DNA of 37,784 nucleotides from Bacteroidales bacterium. GTDB taxonomy: Bacteria; Bacteroidota; Bacteroidia; Bacteroidales; WCHB1-69. Numbering within the stretch: the first letter of the stretch is position 1; each line of letters opens with the position of its first letter. Below, piece by piece: positions 28,601 through 37,227 of this stretch. The position numbers and the translations under genes are program-made. The stretch spans positions 1-37,784 of the forward strand of contig JAAYQB010000143.1 in assembly GCA_012519525.1 (NCBI GenBank), in the 5' to 3' direction. The notes under the pieces are model-generated. The model was not told where the DNA came from and ran no database searches. It saw only the letters and a program-made list of their open reading frames with translations.

Positions 28601-30724
28601 ATGAAGAAAAAAATGAATCCGTTTTTTAATACTAAAATCACTTATCTTAAAGGAGTAGGCAGTAAACGCTCTGAAATATTAAACAAAGAAGCTGCTATCT
28701 ATACCTTTTATGATATTCTTCATTATTTTCCTTATAAATATATTGATAAATCAAAATTTTACAAAATAAACGAATTACAAAACAATATTAATTCCTACGT
28801 ACAGATTAAAGGAACTGTAGTTGATATTCAAACAATAGGAGAAAATAGAGCCAAAAGATTGATTGTTACGTTACAGGATAGTACAGGATACATAGATTTG
28901 GTTTGGTTCAATGGAATAAATTATATAGAAAAAAAAATCACCAAACAAAAAGAATATATTGTATTTGGCAAACCGACTATATTTGCTAAAGCATTCAATA
29001 TGATGCATCCTGAAATTACCGATGCCGAACAACAAGAAGAAACACAAACAATCCCCATACCCTTTCAGCCTTTTTACAATACATCGGAAGCTATGAAACG
29101 TAGTGGCTTAGATAGCAAAGGAATAAGTAAAATACTCTATCAATTATTGGTTTCATCTCATCAAGCAATTGAAGAAAACCTTCCCCCCTATCTCATAGAG
29201 AAACTAAAACTCATGGATAGAAAAAATGCTGTTTTTAATATCCATTTTCCGCAAAGTCAAAAGTTGTTAAAATTAGCACAACAACGTTTGAAATTTGAAG
29301 AAATCTTTTTCACTCAACTTCATCTTATTCAAAATAAATTAATTCGCTCAACGAAAAGCAAAGGATTTTTATTACCCAAAGTAGGAACTCACTTTAATAA
29401 TTTTTATCACAACTACTTACCTTTTGAGTTAACCAATGCACAAAAAAAAGTAATCAAAGAAATTCGTTCCGATTTTATTTCCGGAAAGCAAATGAATCGT
29501 TTATTACAAGGAGATGTGGGAAGCGGTAAAACCATTACCTCTTTGCTTGTTATGCTGATTGCTATTGATAATGGCTATCAATGTTGCTTAATGGCACCAA
29601 CCGAAATATTGGCAATACAGCATTTTAACAGCATCAGTAAATTCCTCAATAATATGGATTTACAAATCGAACTCTTAACCGGAAGCACTAAAGCATCAAA
29701 AAGAAAACAACTGTTAGAAGACACTAAAAACGGGAAAACATCTCTATTAATAGGTACGCATACGCTTATAGAAAATACTGTCGTTTTTAATAAGTTAGGT
29801 TTAATTATTATCGACGAGCAACATCGTTTTGGGGTAGAACAAAGAGCAAAGTTATGGAAAAAAAACGAACATCCTCCGCATGTATTAGTTATGACAGCCA
29901 CCCCTATTCCCAGAACGCTCGCAATGACCGTATATGGCGATTTAGATGTTTCCGTTATCGACGAATTGCCCCAAGGACGTAAAGCCATCATCACTTACCA
30001 CTACAGCCAAAACAATCGCAAGCAACTTGTTGATTTTCTAAAAAAACAAATACATATAGGCAGGCAAATATTTGTTGTATATCCTCTTATTGAAGAATCG
30101 GAAACGCTTGATTTAAAAAATTTAATGGAAGGATACGAAGCATTTAAAAACAACTTTCCCCTACCCCATTATACAGTAGATATTATTCATGGAAAAATGA
30201 CAATTGCCGAAAAAGATGCTGCCATGCAAGGATTTATAGAAGGAAAAACACATATACTATTAGCTACTACTGTTATAGAAGTGGGTGTGGATATTCCTAA
30301 TGCCACCGTTATGCTCATCGAAAATGCTGAACGATTTGGCTTAGCACAACTCCATCAATTAAGAGGAAGAGTGGGTCGAGGTGCTAATCAATCGTATTGT
30401 ATTTTATTAACAGGAAATCAATTAAGTAATGACAGCAAAAAACGTATACAAGCCATGTTGGAAACAAACGACGGTTTTGAAATAGCCAACTTCGATTTAA
30501 AATTAAGAGGTCCCGGTGATTTAGCGGGAACAAAACAAAGCGGCATTATTAATTTTAAGCTATTAGACATTATAAAAGATGAAAAACTAATTGTTTTTAC
30601 TCGTGATTTGGCTCATAATATATTACGCAATGATCCTTTATTAGAAAAAGAAGAACATTACTGTTTAAAACAGCAGTTGCATTTTCTTTTCAATACGACT
30701 AAGAACTATTATCAAATTAGTTAA
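28601..30724 (+). CDS. recG: ATP-dependent DNA helicase RecG
   Basis: 707 aa. Wedge-domain N-terminus, Walker A GDVGSGKT, DEQHRFG, QLHQLRGRVGRG. An alternative start is ATG 28613 (MNPFF). Confidence 0.93.
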   Translation: MKKKMNPFFNTKITYLKGVGSKRSEILNKEAAIYTFYDILHYFPYKYIDKSKFYKINELQNNINSYVQIKGTVVDIQTIGENRAKRLIVTLQDSTGYIDLVWFNGINYIEKKITKQKEYIVFGKPTIFAKAFNMMHPEITDAEQQEETQTIPIPFQPFYNTSEAMKRSGLDSKGISKILYQLLVSSHQAIEENLPPYLIEKLKLMDRKNAVFNIHFPQSQKLLKLAQQRLKFEEIFFTQLHLIQNKLIRSTKSKGFLLPKVGTHFNNFYHNYLPFELTNAQKKVIKEIRSDFISGKQMNRLLQGDVGSGKTITSLLVMLIAIDNGYQCCLMAPTEILAIQHFNSISKFLNNMDLQIELLTGSTKASKRKQLLEDTKNGKTSLLIGTHTLIENTVVFNKLGLIIIDEQHRFGVEQRAKLWKKNEHPPHVLVMTATPIPRTLAMTVYGDLDVSVIDELPQGRKAIITYHYSQNNRKQLVDFLKKQIHIGRQIFVVYPLIEESETLDLKNLMEGYEAFKNNFPLPHYTVDIIHGKMTIAEKDAAMQGFIEGKTHILLATTVIEVGVDIPNATVMLIENAERFGLAQLHQLRGRVGRGANQSYCILLTGNQLSNDSKKRIQAMLETNDGFEIANFDLKLRGPGDLAGTKQSGIINFKLLDIIKDEKLIVFTRDLAHNILRNDPLLEKEEHYCLKQQLHFLFNTTKNYYQIS

Positions 30725-30726
30725 CT

Positions 30727-31707
30727 ATGAATAATTTAGATAATATTTTTTCGGGAGGCACAAAATTATTATTAGCTCCTATGGACGATATTACGGATTT
30801 TTCATTTCGAACTATCTGTAAAGAATTAGGAGCCGAAATTACCATAAGCGAATTTGTGGCATCAGATGCATTGATTCGTAATATTGAAAAAACAAAACGA
30901 AAAATGTTTTTTTTGCCCGATGAACGTCCTTTCGGAATTCAGCTGTTTGGAAACAATAAAGAAACAATGCGAGAAGCAGCCATTATCATTGAAACATATC
31001 AACCTGATTTTATTGATATTAATTGGGGCTGCCCGGCTAAAAGAGTTGCAGGAAAAGGCTCAGGGTCGGGAATGCTGAAAAACATACCATTACTATTAGA
31101 AATCACAGAAGATATTGTGAAATCAGTAAAACTACCGGTAACGGTAAAAACACGCCTTGGCTACGACGACAACAGTAAATGTATTGTAGAATTAAGCGAA
31201 AAACTTCAAGATGTAGGCGTTCAAGCCATCACTATACACGGAAGAACAAAAACACAAATGTTTAAAGGCGAAGCCGATTGGTCGTTAATAGGTGCTGTTA
31301 AAGCCAATCATAGAATAACAATTCCTATTATTGGTAATGGCGATATTGCATCGGCGGAACAAGCCTTAGCAATGAAAGAAAAACACCGTATTAATGGCAT
31401 TATGATAGGAAGAGCTGCTATGGGAAATCCATGGATTTTCAAGCAATGCAGAGCATTATTAGACAATGATACTATTAGTTATGAACCTACTATCAGCGAA
31501 CGCATTGAAGTGTGTAAAAAACATTTCTTATTGTCTGTTGAATACAAAGGCGAATATACGGGAGTTCTAGAAATGAGAAAACATTATAAAGGTTATTTTA
31601 AAGGAATTAATGATTTTAAAACATATCGAATTAAACTTTTAAGCCTCATAAATGTTAAAGATATAGTAGAACTATTTGATGAAATCAATTATAAATTTTC
31701 TTTATGA
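30727..31707 (+). CDS. dusB: tRNA dihydrouridine synthase
   Basis: LLLAPMDDITDFSFR N-terminus, INWGCP catalytic Cys region, TIHGRT, IMIGRAAMGNPWIF. Confidence 0.9.
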   Translation: MNNLDNIFSGGTKLLLAPMDDITDFSFRTICKELGAEITISEFVASDALIRNIEKTKRKMFFLPDERPFGIQLFGNNKETMREAAIIIETYQPDFIDINWGCPAKRVAGKGSGSGMLKNIPLLLEITEDIVKSVKLPVTVKTRLGYDDNSKCIVELSEKLQDVGVQAITIHGRTKTQMFKGEADWSLIGAVKANHRITIPIIGNGDIASAEQALAMKEKHRINGIMIGRAAMGNPWIFKQCRALLDNDTISYEPTISERIEVCKKHFLLSVEYKGEYTGVLEMRKHYKGYFKGINDFKTYRIKLLSLINVKDIVELFDEINYKFSL

Positions 31708-32534
31708 GTGAAAATCAAACAATACAACTTAATGTAGATCAAATTATTTACAATAAGAATAAAACTCTACATCGGTTTCTTCCTAAATTTATTATTCGCT
31801 ACCTTCGTCGGATATTACACGAAGAAGAAATCAATGTTATTTTAAATGATGTTAAAGGCATTAATGGAGTAGATTTTGCCAATAAAATAATTACGGATTT
31901 CAATGTATCCTACACTATTGAAAATGAAGAAAATATTCCAAAAGGCGGCAATCACATTATTGTATCCAATCATCCTTTAGGCGGTTTTGACGGATTAATT
32001 TTAATCGATGTGTTTTCAAAATACAAAGAAAAAGTAAAAGTTACTCTTAACGACTTATTGCTGAACATTCCCAATCTTGTAGATTTGGCTGTTCCTATCA
32101 ATAAAACCGGGAAAAATTCAACTCAATTAGCCAGAGATTTGAACAAAGCCTTTCAGGAAGATAATATGATAGTATTTTTCCCGGCAGGTATATGTTCTCG
32201 TAAAATAAAAGGAAAAATCGTAGACTTGGAATGGAAAAAAACATTTGTTTCTAAAGCAAAAGAGTACAAAAGAGATGTGTTGCCCATTTATTTTGAAGGA
32301 AAAAATTCGAGATTCTTTTATAACTTAGCCAATATCAGAAAGAAATTAGGGTTAAAAGCCAACATTGAAATGCTGTATCTTCCTGATGAGCTTTTTAAAC
32401 ATAAAAATAAAAAATTCAAAATCATTATCGGAGAACCTATTCCCTATCAAACTTTTACAAATGAAAAAACGGACTTCGAACATGCTAACGAAATAAAAAA
32501 GAAAGTTTATCAATTAAAAAACAATTTGTATTAG
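31704..32534 (+). CDS. glsA: lysolipid O-acyltransferase (PlsC-like; GlsA-type, glycine-lipid pathway)
   Basis: 276 aa. Acyltransferase motif SNHPLGGFDG and later FPAGICSR. ATGA overlap with dusB. It lies directly upstream of the hemolysin-like N-acyltransferase, as in the Bacteroides glycine-lipid locus. Confidence 0.7.
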   Translation: MSENQTIQLNVDQIIYNKNKTLHRFLPKFIIRYLRRILHEEEINVILNDVKGINGVDFANKIITDFNVSYTIENEENIPKGGNHIIVSNHPLGGFDGLILIDVFSKYKEKVKVTLNDLLLNIPNLVDLAVPINKTGKNSTQLARDLNKAFQEDNMIVFFPAGICSRKIKGKIVDLEWKKTFVSKAKEYKRDVLPIYFEGKNSRFFYNLANIRKKLGLKANIEMLYLPDELFKHKNKKFKIIIGEPIPYQTFTNEKTDFEHANEIKKKVYQLKNNLY

Positions 32535-32543
32535 TTTTTTTTA

Positions 32544-32551
32544 TATTTTTG
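32544..32551 (+). promoter_or_regulatory. -7 box TATTTTTG upstream of glsB-like gene
   Basis: Consensus match 22 nt upstream of GTG 32573, in the 38-nt gap after the glsA-like gene. Confidence 0.4.
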
Positions 32552-32572
32552 TAAAAATATTTTATATACAAA

Positions 32573-33541
32573 GTGGAAAAGATTGCAAAAAGAGTATTAA
32601 GACGTTTAATAAAGGCAGAACTCACTGAAGATAAGTTAATTTGCCAAACTAATTATGGGGGTAATTTAATCTATTCTATCAACTATTACAATGCCCCTAA
32701 TACTTTGGTAGAGCTAGGAAGATTGCGAGAAATTGCTTTTAGAGATGCCGGCGGAGGAACAGGAAAACCTATCGACTTAGACGAGTATGACACTGCTAAT
32801 CCTCCTTTCCAGCAATTAATTGTCTGGGATCCAAGCGAAAGAGAAATCCTCAGTAGTTATCGCTATATTTTTGGAAAAGATATAAAAATAGACAATAGCG
32901 GCATACATAGCCCAACAGCTAAATTATTTCAATTTTCAGATGATTTTGTAAAAAACTATTTACCTTATTCCATTGAATTAGGTCGCTCTTTTGTACAACC
33001 TCAATACCAAGCAGCCAACTCACGCAAAGGACTTTTCGCATTAGACAATGTTTGGGACGGATTAGGTATGCTTATTTATAGTAATCCTGAGATAAAATAC
33101 ATTTATGGAAAAATGACAATGTATAAGAATTACAATAAATTAGCAAGAGATATAATTTTATTTTTCTTAAACAAGCATTTTTCCAAAGGCGAAAAATTGA
33201 TGAAAGCTTACAAGCCTCTTCCCTATTATCATGATGAAAGTAAATTGGCTTCTTTACTACCCAACGATAACTTTAAAGATGATTATAAATCTCTCGTACA
33301 AGAAATCACTAAGTTAGAATGTAAAATTCCATCTCTAGTAAATATCTATATGAGAGTAGCCTCTACAATGCAATGCTTTGGCACCTCTGATAACGAAGAT
33401 TTTGGAGAAACAGAAGAAACCGTTATTTTGGTCAAGATTGACGATATATACGAAGATAAAAAAGAGCGGCATATAAATCCTAAAACAATAAAAAGTTTCA
33501 ATGATTATAAAAACCTCATCTTTCGTAAAAAGCAGTCCTAA
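32573..33541 (+). CDS. glsB: GNAT-fold (OlsB/hemolysin-like) N-acyltransferase (GlsB-type, glycine-lipid pathway)
   Basis: 322 aa. The LGRLREIAFRDAGGGTGK segment is typical of the OlsB-like lyso-lipid N-acyltransferase family. GTG start 22 nt after a TATTTTTG box. Confidence 0.7.
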   Translation: MEKIAKRVLRRLIKAELTEDKLICQTNYGGNLIYSINYYNAPNTLVELGRLREIAFRDAGGGTGKPIDLDEYDTANPPFQQLIVWDPSEREILSSYRYIFGKDIKIDNSGIHSPTAKLFQFSDDFVKNYLPYSIELGRSFVQPQYQAANSRKGLFALDNVWDGLGMLIYSNPEIKYIYGKMTMYKNYNKLARDIILFFLNKHFSKGEKLMKAYKPLPYYHDESKLASLLPNDNFKDDYKSLVQEITKLECKIPSLVNIYMRVASTMQCFGTSDNEDFGETEETVILVKIDDIYEDKKERHINPKTIKSFNDYKNLIFRKKQS

Positions 33542-34103
33542 TTGGAAATCGTGTCCCGACACTCATTTACCCGAATTTGCTTTTATCGGACGTTCTAATG
33601 TAGGTAAATCCTCTTTTATCAACATGCTGACCAATCAACAAAAGTTGGCTAAAACATCCTCTAAACCCGGAAAAACAAAACTCATTAATCATTTTATCAT
33701 TAATAATGAATGGTATTTAGTTGACTTACCCGGTTATGGCTACGCTCGTATATCGAAAGCATTACGCATCAGTTTTGAAAAGATGATTTTAGATTACATC
33801 AACTATCGCAGAAATTTATACTATTTATGCGTACTGATTGATGCAAGGCTATTACCGCAAAAAATTGATCTTTCGTTCATTGAAATGTTAGGAGAAAACC
33901 AAATACCCTTTTTGCTTATTTTTACGAAATCGGACAAACAAAGCCAAACAAAAATAACAAAAAACGTACAAACATTTCTCGAAACCATTGCAATGACTTG
34001 GGAATCACTTCCCCCCTATTTTATAACTTCTGCATTAACAGGAAAAGGAAAAGATGATTTTTTAGATTTTATTGAGCAAACAATAAAGGAAACACAAAAA
34101 TAA
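33501..34103 (+). CDS. engB: ribosome biogenesis GTP-binding protein YihA/EngB
   Basis: G1 GRSNVGKSS, G3 DLPGYG, G4 TKSDK. The N-terminal pattern IKTSSFVKSS...CP is typical of EngB and supports the ATG that overlaps the upstream gene by 41 nt. Confidence 0.9.
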   Translation: MIIKTSSFVKSSPNWKSCPDTHLPEFAFIGRSNVGKSSFINMLTNQQKLAKTSSKPGKTKLINHFIINNEWYLVDLPGYGYARISKALRISFEKMILDYINYRRNLYYLCVLIDARLLPQKIDLSFIEMLGENQIPFLLIFTKSDKQSQTKITKNVQTFLETIAMTWESLPPYFITSALTGKGKDDFLDFIEQTIKETQK

Positions 34104-34137
34104 CTCTATTTTTCGATTTTGGAATTGAAAAAAATTA

Positions 34138-34145
34138 TATCTTTG
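34138..34145 (+). promoter_or_regulatory. -7 box TATCTTTG for rplY/ctc
   Basis: Consensus match 50 nt upstream of ATG 34195. Confidence 0.5.
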
Positions 34146-34194
34146 CACACTTTTTAAAATTAAACTAATTTATTTATTTTTAAACTTATAAGAA

Positions 34195-34833
34195 ATGAAA
34201 TCAGTATCTATTAGCGGTTCTTTAAGAGAGAACGTAGGGAAAAAAGATGCAAAAGCACAAAGAAAACAAGGGATAATACCTTCTGTTATTTATGGACAAA
34301 GCCAACAAAAACACCTTTTAGTGGAGGAAAAAGCCATGAATAAACTTATTTATTCACCGGAAGTAAGGTATGTAGAATTAAATACCGGCGAAGCAACACA
34401 TAAAGCCATTATACAAGAACTGCAATTCCATCCCGTAACAGGAAAATTGCTTCATGTTGATTTTTTAGAAATAACAGACGATAAACCTTTTACAATAGAA
34501 ATTCCTCTTTTAGTACACGGAACTTCTCCGGGTGTATTGCAAGGTGGTAGATTATCGAAAAAATTTAGAAAAATTAAAGTAAAAGGACTATTAGAAAATA
34601 TTCCTGAAAATATATCTTTAGATATCAGTAATTTATATATTAATGATAGTATTAAAGTAGAAGACTTGCAATTTGACAATCTCGAAATTATTGAAGATTC
34701 TCAAAAAGTATTGCTTGCTATACAAACAGCACGTACTGTTGAAGATATAGAAGAAGAAGGCGAAGGCGAAGAAGAAGGCGAAGCTACAGGAGAAGCAGCA
34801 GAAGAAGCCGGCGAAAGTAAAAAAGAAGAATAA
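34195..34833 (+). CDS. rplY: 50S ribosomal protein L25 / general stress protein Ctc
   Basis: N-terminus RENVGKKDAKAQRKQGIIPSVIYG, LQFHPVTGKLLHVDF, and an acidic E/G-rich C-terminal tail. Confidence 0.92.
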   Translation: MKSVSISGSLRENVGKKDAKAQRKQGIIPSVIYGQSQQKHLLVEEKAMNKLIYSPEVRYVELNTGEATHKAIIQELQFHPVTGKLLHVDFLEITDDKPFTIEIPLLVHGTSPGVLQGGRLSKKFRKIKVKGLLENIPENISLDISNLYINDSIKVEDLQFDNLEIIEDSQKVLLAIQTARTVEDIEEEGEGEEEGEATGEAAEEAGESKKEE

Positions 34834-34851
34834 CTATAAGATTTTACATTT

Positions 34852-34885
34852 AAAAAGAGAGGCTAGTATGTCTCTCTTTTTTTTT
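34852..34885. terminator. bidirectional intrinsic terminator between convergent rplY and the MauE/Trx gene
   Basis: AAAAAGAGAG ... CTCTCTTTTTTTTTT. An AGAGAG/CTCTCT stem is flanked by an A-run on one side and a T-run on the other, so it reads as hairpin plus U-tract on both strands. Confidence 0.7.
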
Positions 34886-35822
34886 ATTCTACTTTCAAAA
34901 AACTCACAATATCTTTTTCCGTTAATTCAGCGTAATTAACTGATTTTACTATATTTCCATTTTCCGAAAACAAAATCAAAGGCATAATTCCATGGGTAAT
35001 TTGCAAAAATTCAAGAGAAGGAATTTGCATATATTCCAATACTTCAATTTCATTTTCGGAAAAGAAATTAAGAATATCCGTGCTATCCGTACTATCCCAA
35101 AAAATACATTTCACTTGCTCGTGTTTTATATTGTTTTTCTTCATAATAGCATTGATTTTCACAGCCGATTTTTTGCAATACCGACAACTATGCGAATACA
35201 TACATACAAGCTGATTACCTATCTGAAAACAGCTATCTTTCTTTATTTCTTTGAGTGAATTTTGATACACTTCCTCATTGATACGTATATCAGAACAATA
35301 GATTTTTTTGTATAAATAATCCGGTGAGTTTAAGAGCATGAATGCGGCAACACTAACAACACTAAGAACAATAAATACAGGAAGTTCGTATTTACGACGC
35401 TTGTAAAACTTAATATTTACACCCCATAACAACAGCATTAACACAATATTTTTTATTATTGATTGTGTATGATTGAGTACTATTGTATTTCCAAAGCAGC
35501 AACAATTATCCAATTGCACGTCAAATAAATAGGGTTGTAACAGCAAATAGATAGTGAAAAATATCAGAAAAATATAGGTAACAATATAAGTAAATCGAAT
35601 CAATGTATTGGTTAGGAGTAAAATTCCCAATACAAATTCGGCTGCAATCAACAAGCGTGTCAAAGTTGATGAAACGGCAAAGTTAAATAAGTTATGTTCG
35701 TATATGTAAATATCAAAAACTTCTATATCAATGTATTTCAATATAGCAGATGCAATAAATACACAAGCAATCAAAATACGTAAAATTGTAGATAAAACTT
35801 TATTATTATTTTTTAATTTCAT
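34884..35822 (-). CDS. MauE/DoxX-type membrane protein fused to a CxxC thioredoxin-like domain
   Basis: 312 aa. N-terminal TM helices with the NCCCFG motif (aa 106-111), a further TM helix, then a soluble domain with SCRYC (CxxC, aa 213-216). Confidence 0.7.
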   Translation of the reverse strand: MKLKNNNKVLSTILRILIACVFIASAILKYIDIEVFDIYIYEHNLFNFAVSSTLTRLLIAAEFVLGILLLTNTLIRFTYIVTYIFLIFFTIYLLLQPYLFDVQLDNCCCFGNTIVLNHTQSIIKNIVLMLLLWGVNIKFYKRRKYELPVFIVLSVVSVAAFMLLNSPDYLYKKIYCSDIRINEEVYQNSLKEIKKDSCFQIGNQLVCMYSHSCRYCKKSAVKINAIMKKNNIKHEQVKCIFWDSTDSTDILNFFSENEIEVLEYMQIPSLEFLQITHGIMPLILFSENGNIVKSVNYAELTEKDIVSFLKVE

Positions 35823-35831
35823 TGTTATTTA

Positions 35832-36323
35832 TTATTGTTTTTCATATTGTAAAGTATCTTCCGAGACAAATTCTAAAGCGACATTGCAAGTTCGGAACAT
35901 TTCTTCCGATTCTTTGCCTGCATGGTATTTTTTTTCGCATACGACACGTTTAATGCCGCAATTAATAATCATCATTGCACAGGTTCTACAAGGTGTCATT
36001 CGGCAGTACAAAGTAGCATCTTTAAGTGAAATTCCCAATTTAGCTGCTTGACAAATTGCATTTTGTTCAGCATGAACTGTTCGAGTACAATGAGTTGTTA
36101 CCGTTCCATCTTCGTGTACCATTTGCTTTAATTGATGTCCTACTTCATCACAATGCGGCATTCCGACCGGCGAACCCACATAGCCCGTAACCAATATTTG
36201 CCTGTCTTTTACTATTACACAGCCGCTTCTTCCTCTATCACAAGTAGCACGCTTTGAAACAGTTTTTGTTATTTCCATAAAATACTCATCCCAAGAGGGT
36301 CTTACATACTTGTTTTCAGTCAT
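35832..36323 (-). CDS. dCMP deaminase family protein (ComEB/DCTD-like)
   Basis: 163 aa. Zinc and catalytic motifs HAEQNAI and PCRTCAMMIINCGI. N-terminus RPSWDEYFMEI is typical of dCMP deaminases. Confidence 0.88.
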   Translation of the reverse strand: MTENKYVRPSWDEYFMEITKTVSKRATCDRGRSGCVIVKDRQILVTGYVGSPVGMPHCDEVGHQLKQMVHEDGTVTTHCTRTVHAEQNAICQAAKLGISLKDATLYCRMTPCRTCAMMIINCGIKRVVCEKKYHAGKESEEMFRTCNVALEFVSEDTLQYEKQ

Positions 36324-36324
36324 T

Positions 36325-36882
36325 TTATAATGATATTTTTTTTAAAATAATTTCCAATTGATTGTATAAATCTTTTTTAGTCGTATTGTTTGTCATAAAA
36401 TAATCAGCCAATTCGATACATCTGCTTAAATTCTGTTTGTCCAAATCATTAGAATGCCGTTCTCGTTCTTCATTTTGAATAAATGTCGGATAGTCTATAT
36501 TATCCGTTTCCGATGAACGCAATCGTATACGCTGATACCTTATTTCAGGAAGGGCATCAATAGCAAGTAGATAAAAATTATCTTGTTTTCTCAACGATAT
36601 TATTTCGCCTTCCGCCCTAATACTTTCAATCACACTGTTTTTATTGTCAGCTAACGCTTTTTTCATTAACTCATCAATGATAAACGAAGCACCCTGCTGC
36701 TGACGTAAACTATTAGCTACCAAAACCATACTATCCCTATTAGGAGGAAGTTGTCGTTTCTTAATTTCTTCTAACAAATAAGCACGAACAGAGTAATGCT
36801 TGAAGTTTTTATAGGTTGTCAGATAATCAACAATTGTCCCTTTTCCGGCACCTATTGTTCCTGTTATACCTATTATTACCAT
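36325..36882 (-). CDS. P-loop nucleotide/nucleoside kinase-like protein (dephospho-CoA kinase / dNMP kinase-like fold), substrate unknown
   Basis: 185 aa. N-terminal Walker A IGITGTIGAGKGT. Size and layout fit a small NMP-kinase fold. Its stop lies 1 nt before the deaminase start. TATTTTTG box 28 nt upstream. Confidence 0.65.
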   Translation of the reverse strand: MVIIGITGTIGAGKGTIVDYLTTYKNFKHYSVRAYLLEEIKKRQLPPNRDSMVLVANSLRQQQGASFIIDELMKKALADNKNSVIESIRAEGEIISLRKQDNFYLLAIDALPEIRYQRIRLRSSETDNIDYPTFIQNEERERHSNDLDKQNLSRCIELADYFMTNNTTKKDLYNQLEIILKKISL

Positions 36883-36909
36883 TGATGATATTTTTTATTT
36901 TTATTTACG

Positions 36910-36917
36910 CAAAAATA
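36910..36917 (-). promoter_or_regulatory. -7 box TATTTTTG (minus strand) for the kinase / deaminase / MauE-Trx operon
   Basis: Plus strand reads CAAAAATA, 28 nt upstream of the minus-strand ATG at 36882. Confidence 0.5.
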
Positions 36918-37148
36918 CACCATTTTTTTATACGAAATCATTCAATCAATACAAGTTTTAAAATAATATTAAACCTTTAACATCCGATTTAAGCCTCTCA
37001 ATACAATAAATTATTACATTTTTCACTCATGGGTAACTGCAAGTCTCTCTATAAGTAGTTTATTACTTTCTTCCCTGCCCTTTCTATGCTAAAATAAAAA
37101 TTGCTCTAATTTTATTATTTTTTGTTGTTTTTAAATTGTTTTTTTATG

Positions 37149-37156
37149 TAGCTTTG
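37149..37156 (+). promoter_or_regulatory. -7 box TAGCTTTG for the partial membrane protein gene
   Basis: Consensus match 72 nt upstream of ATG 37228. Confidence 0.4.
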
Positions 37157-37227
37157 CATTTAGAAACAACAATCTATTTCATCTTATTATAAAAATTAAA
37201 AAAAAACAACATTTTTAATCATTTATT

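Noticed and set aside
29578-29994. 138-aa antisense ORF inside recG, and similar antisense or alternate-frame track ORFs (e.g. 6350-6640, 6761-7057, 14346-14687, 3215-3466, 10769-11062, 18667-18912, 968-1213)
   Set aside because: Each is fully nested in a strongly conserved gene with clear family motifs in the other frame or strand. None has its own promoter context or recognisable motifs.
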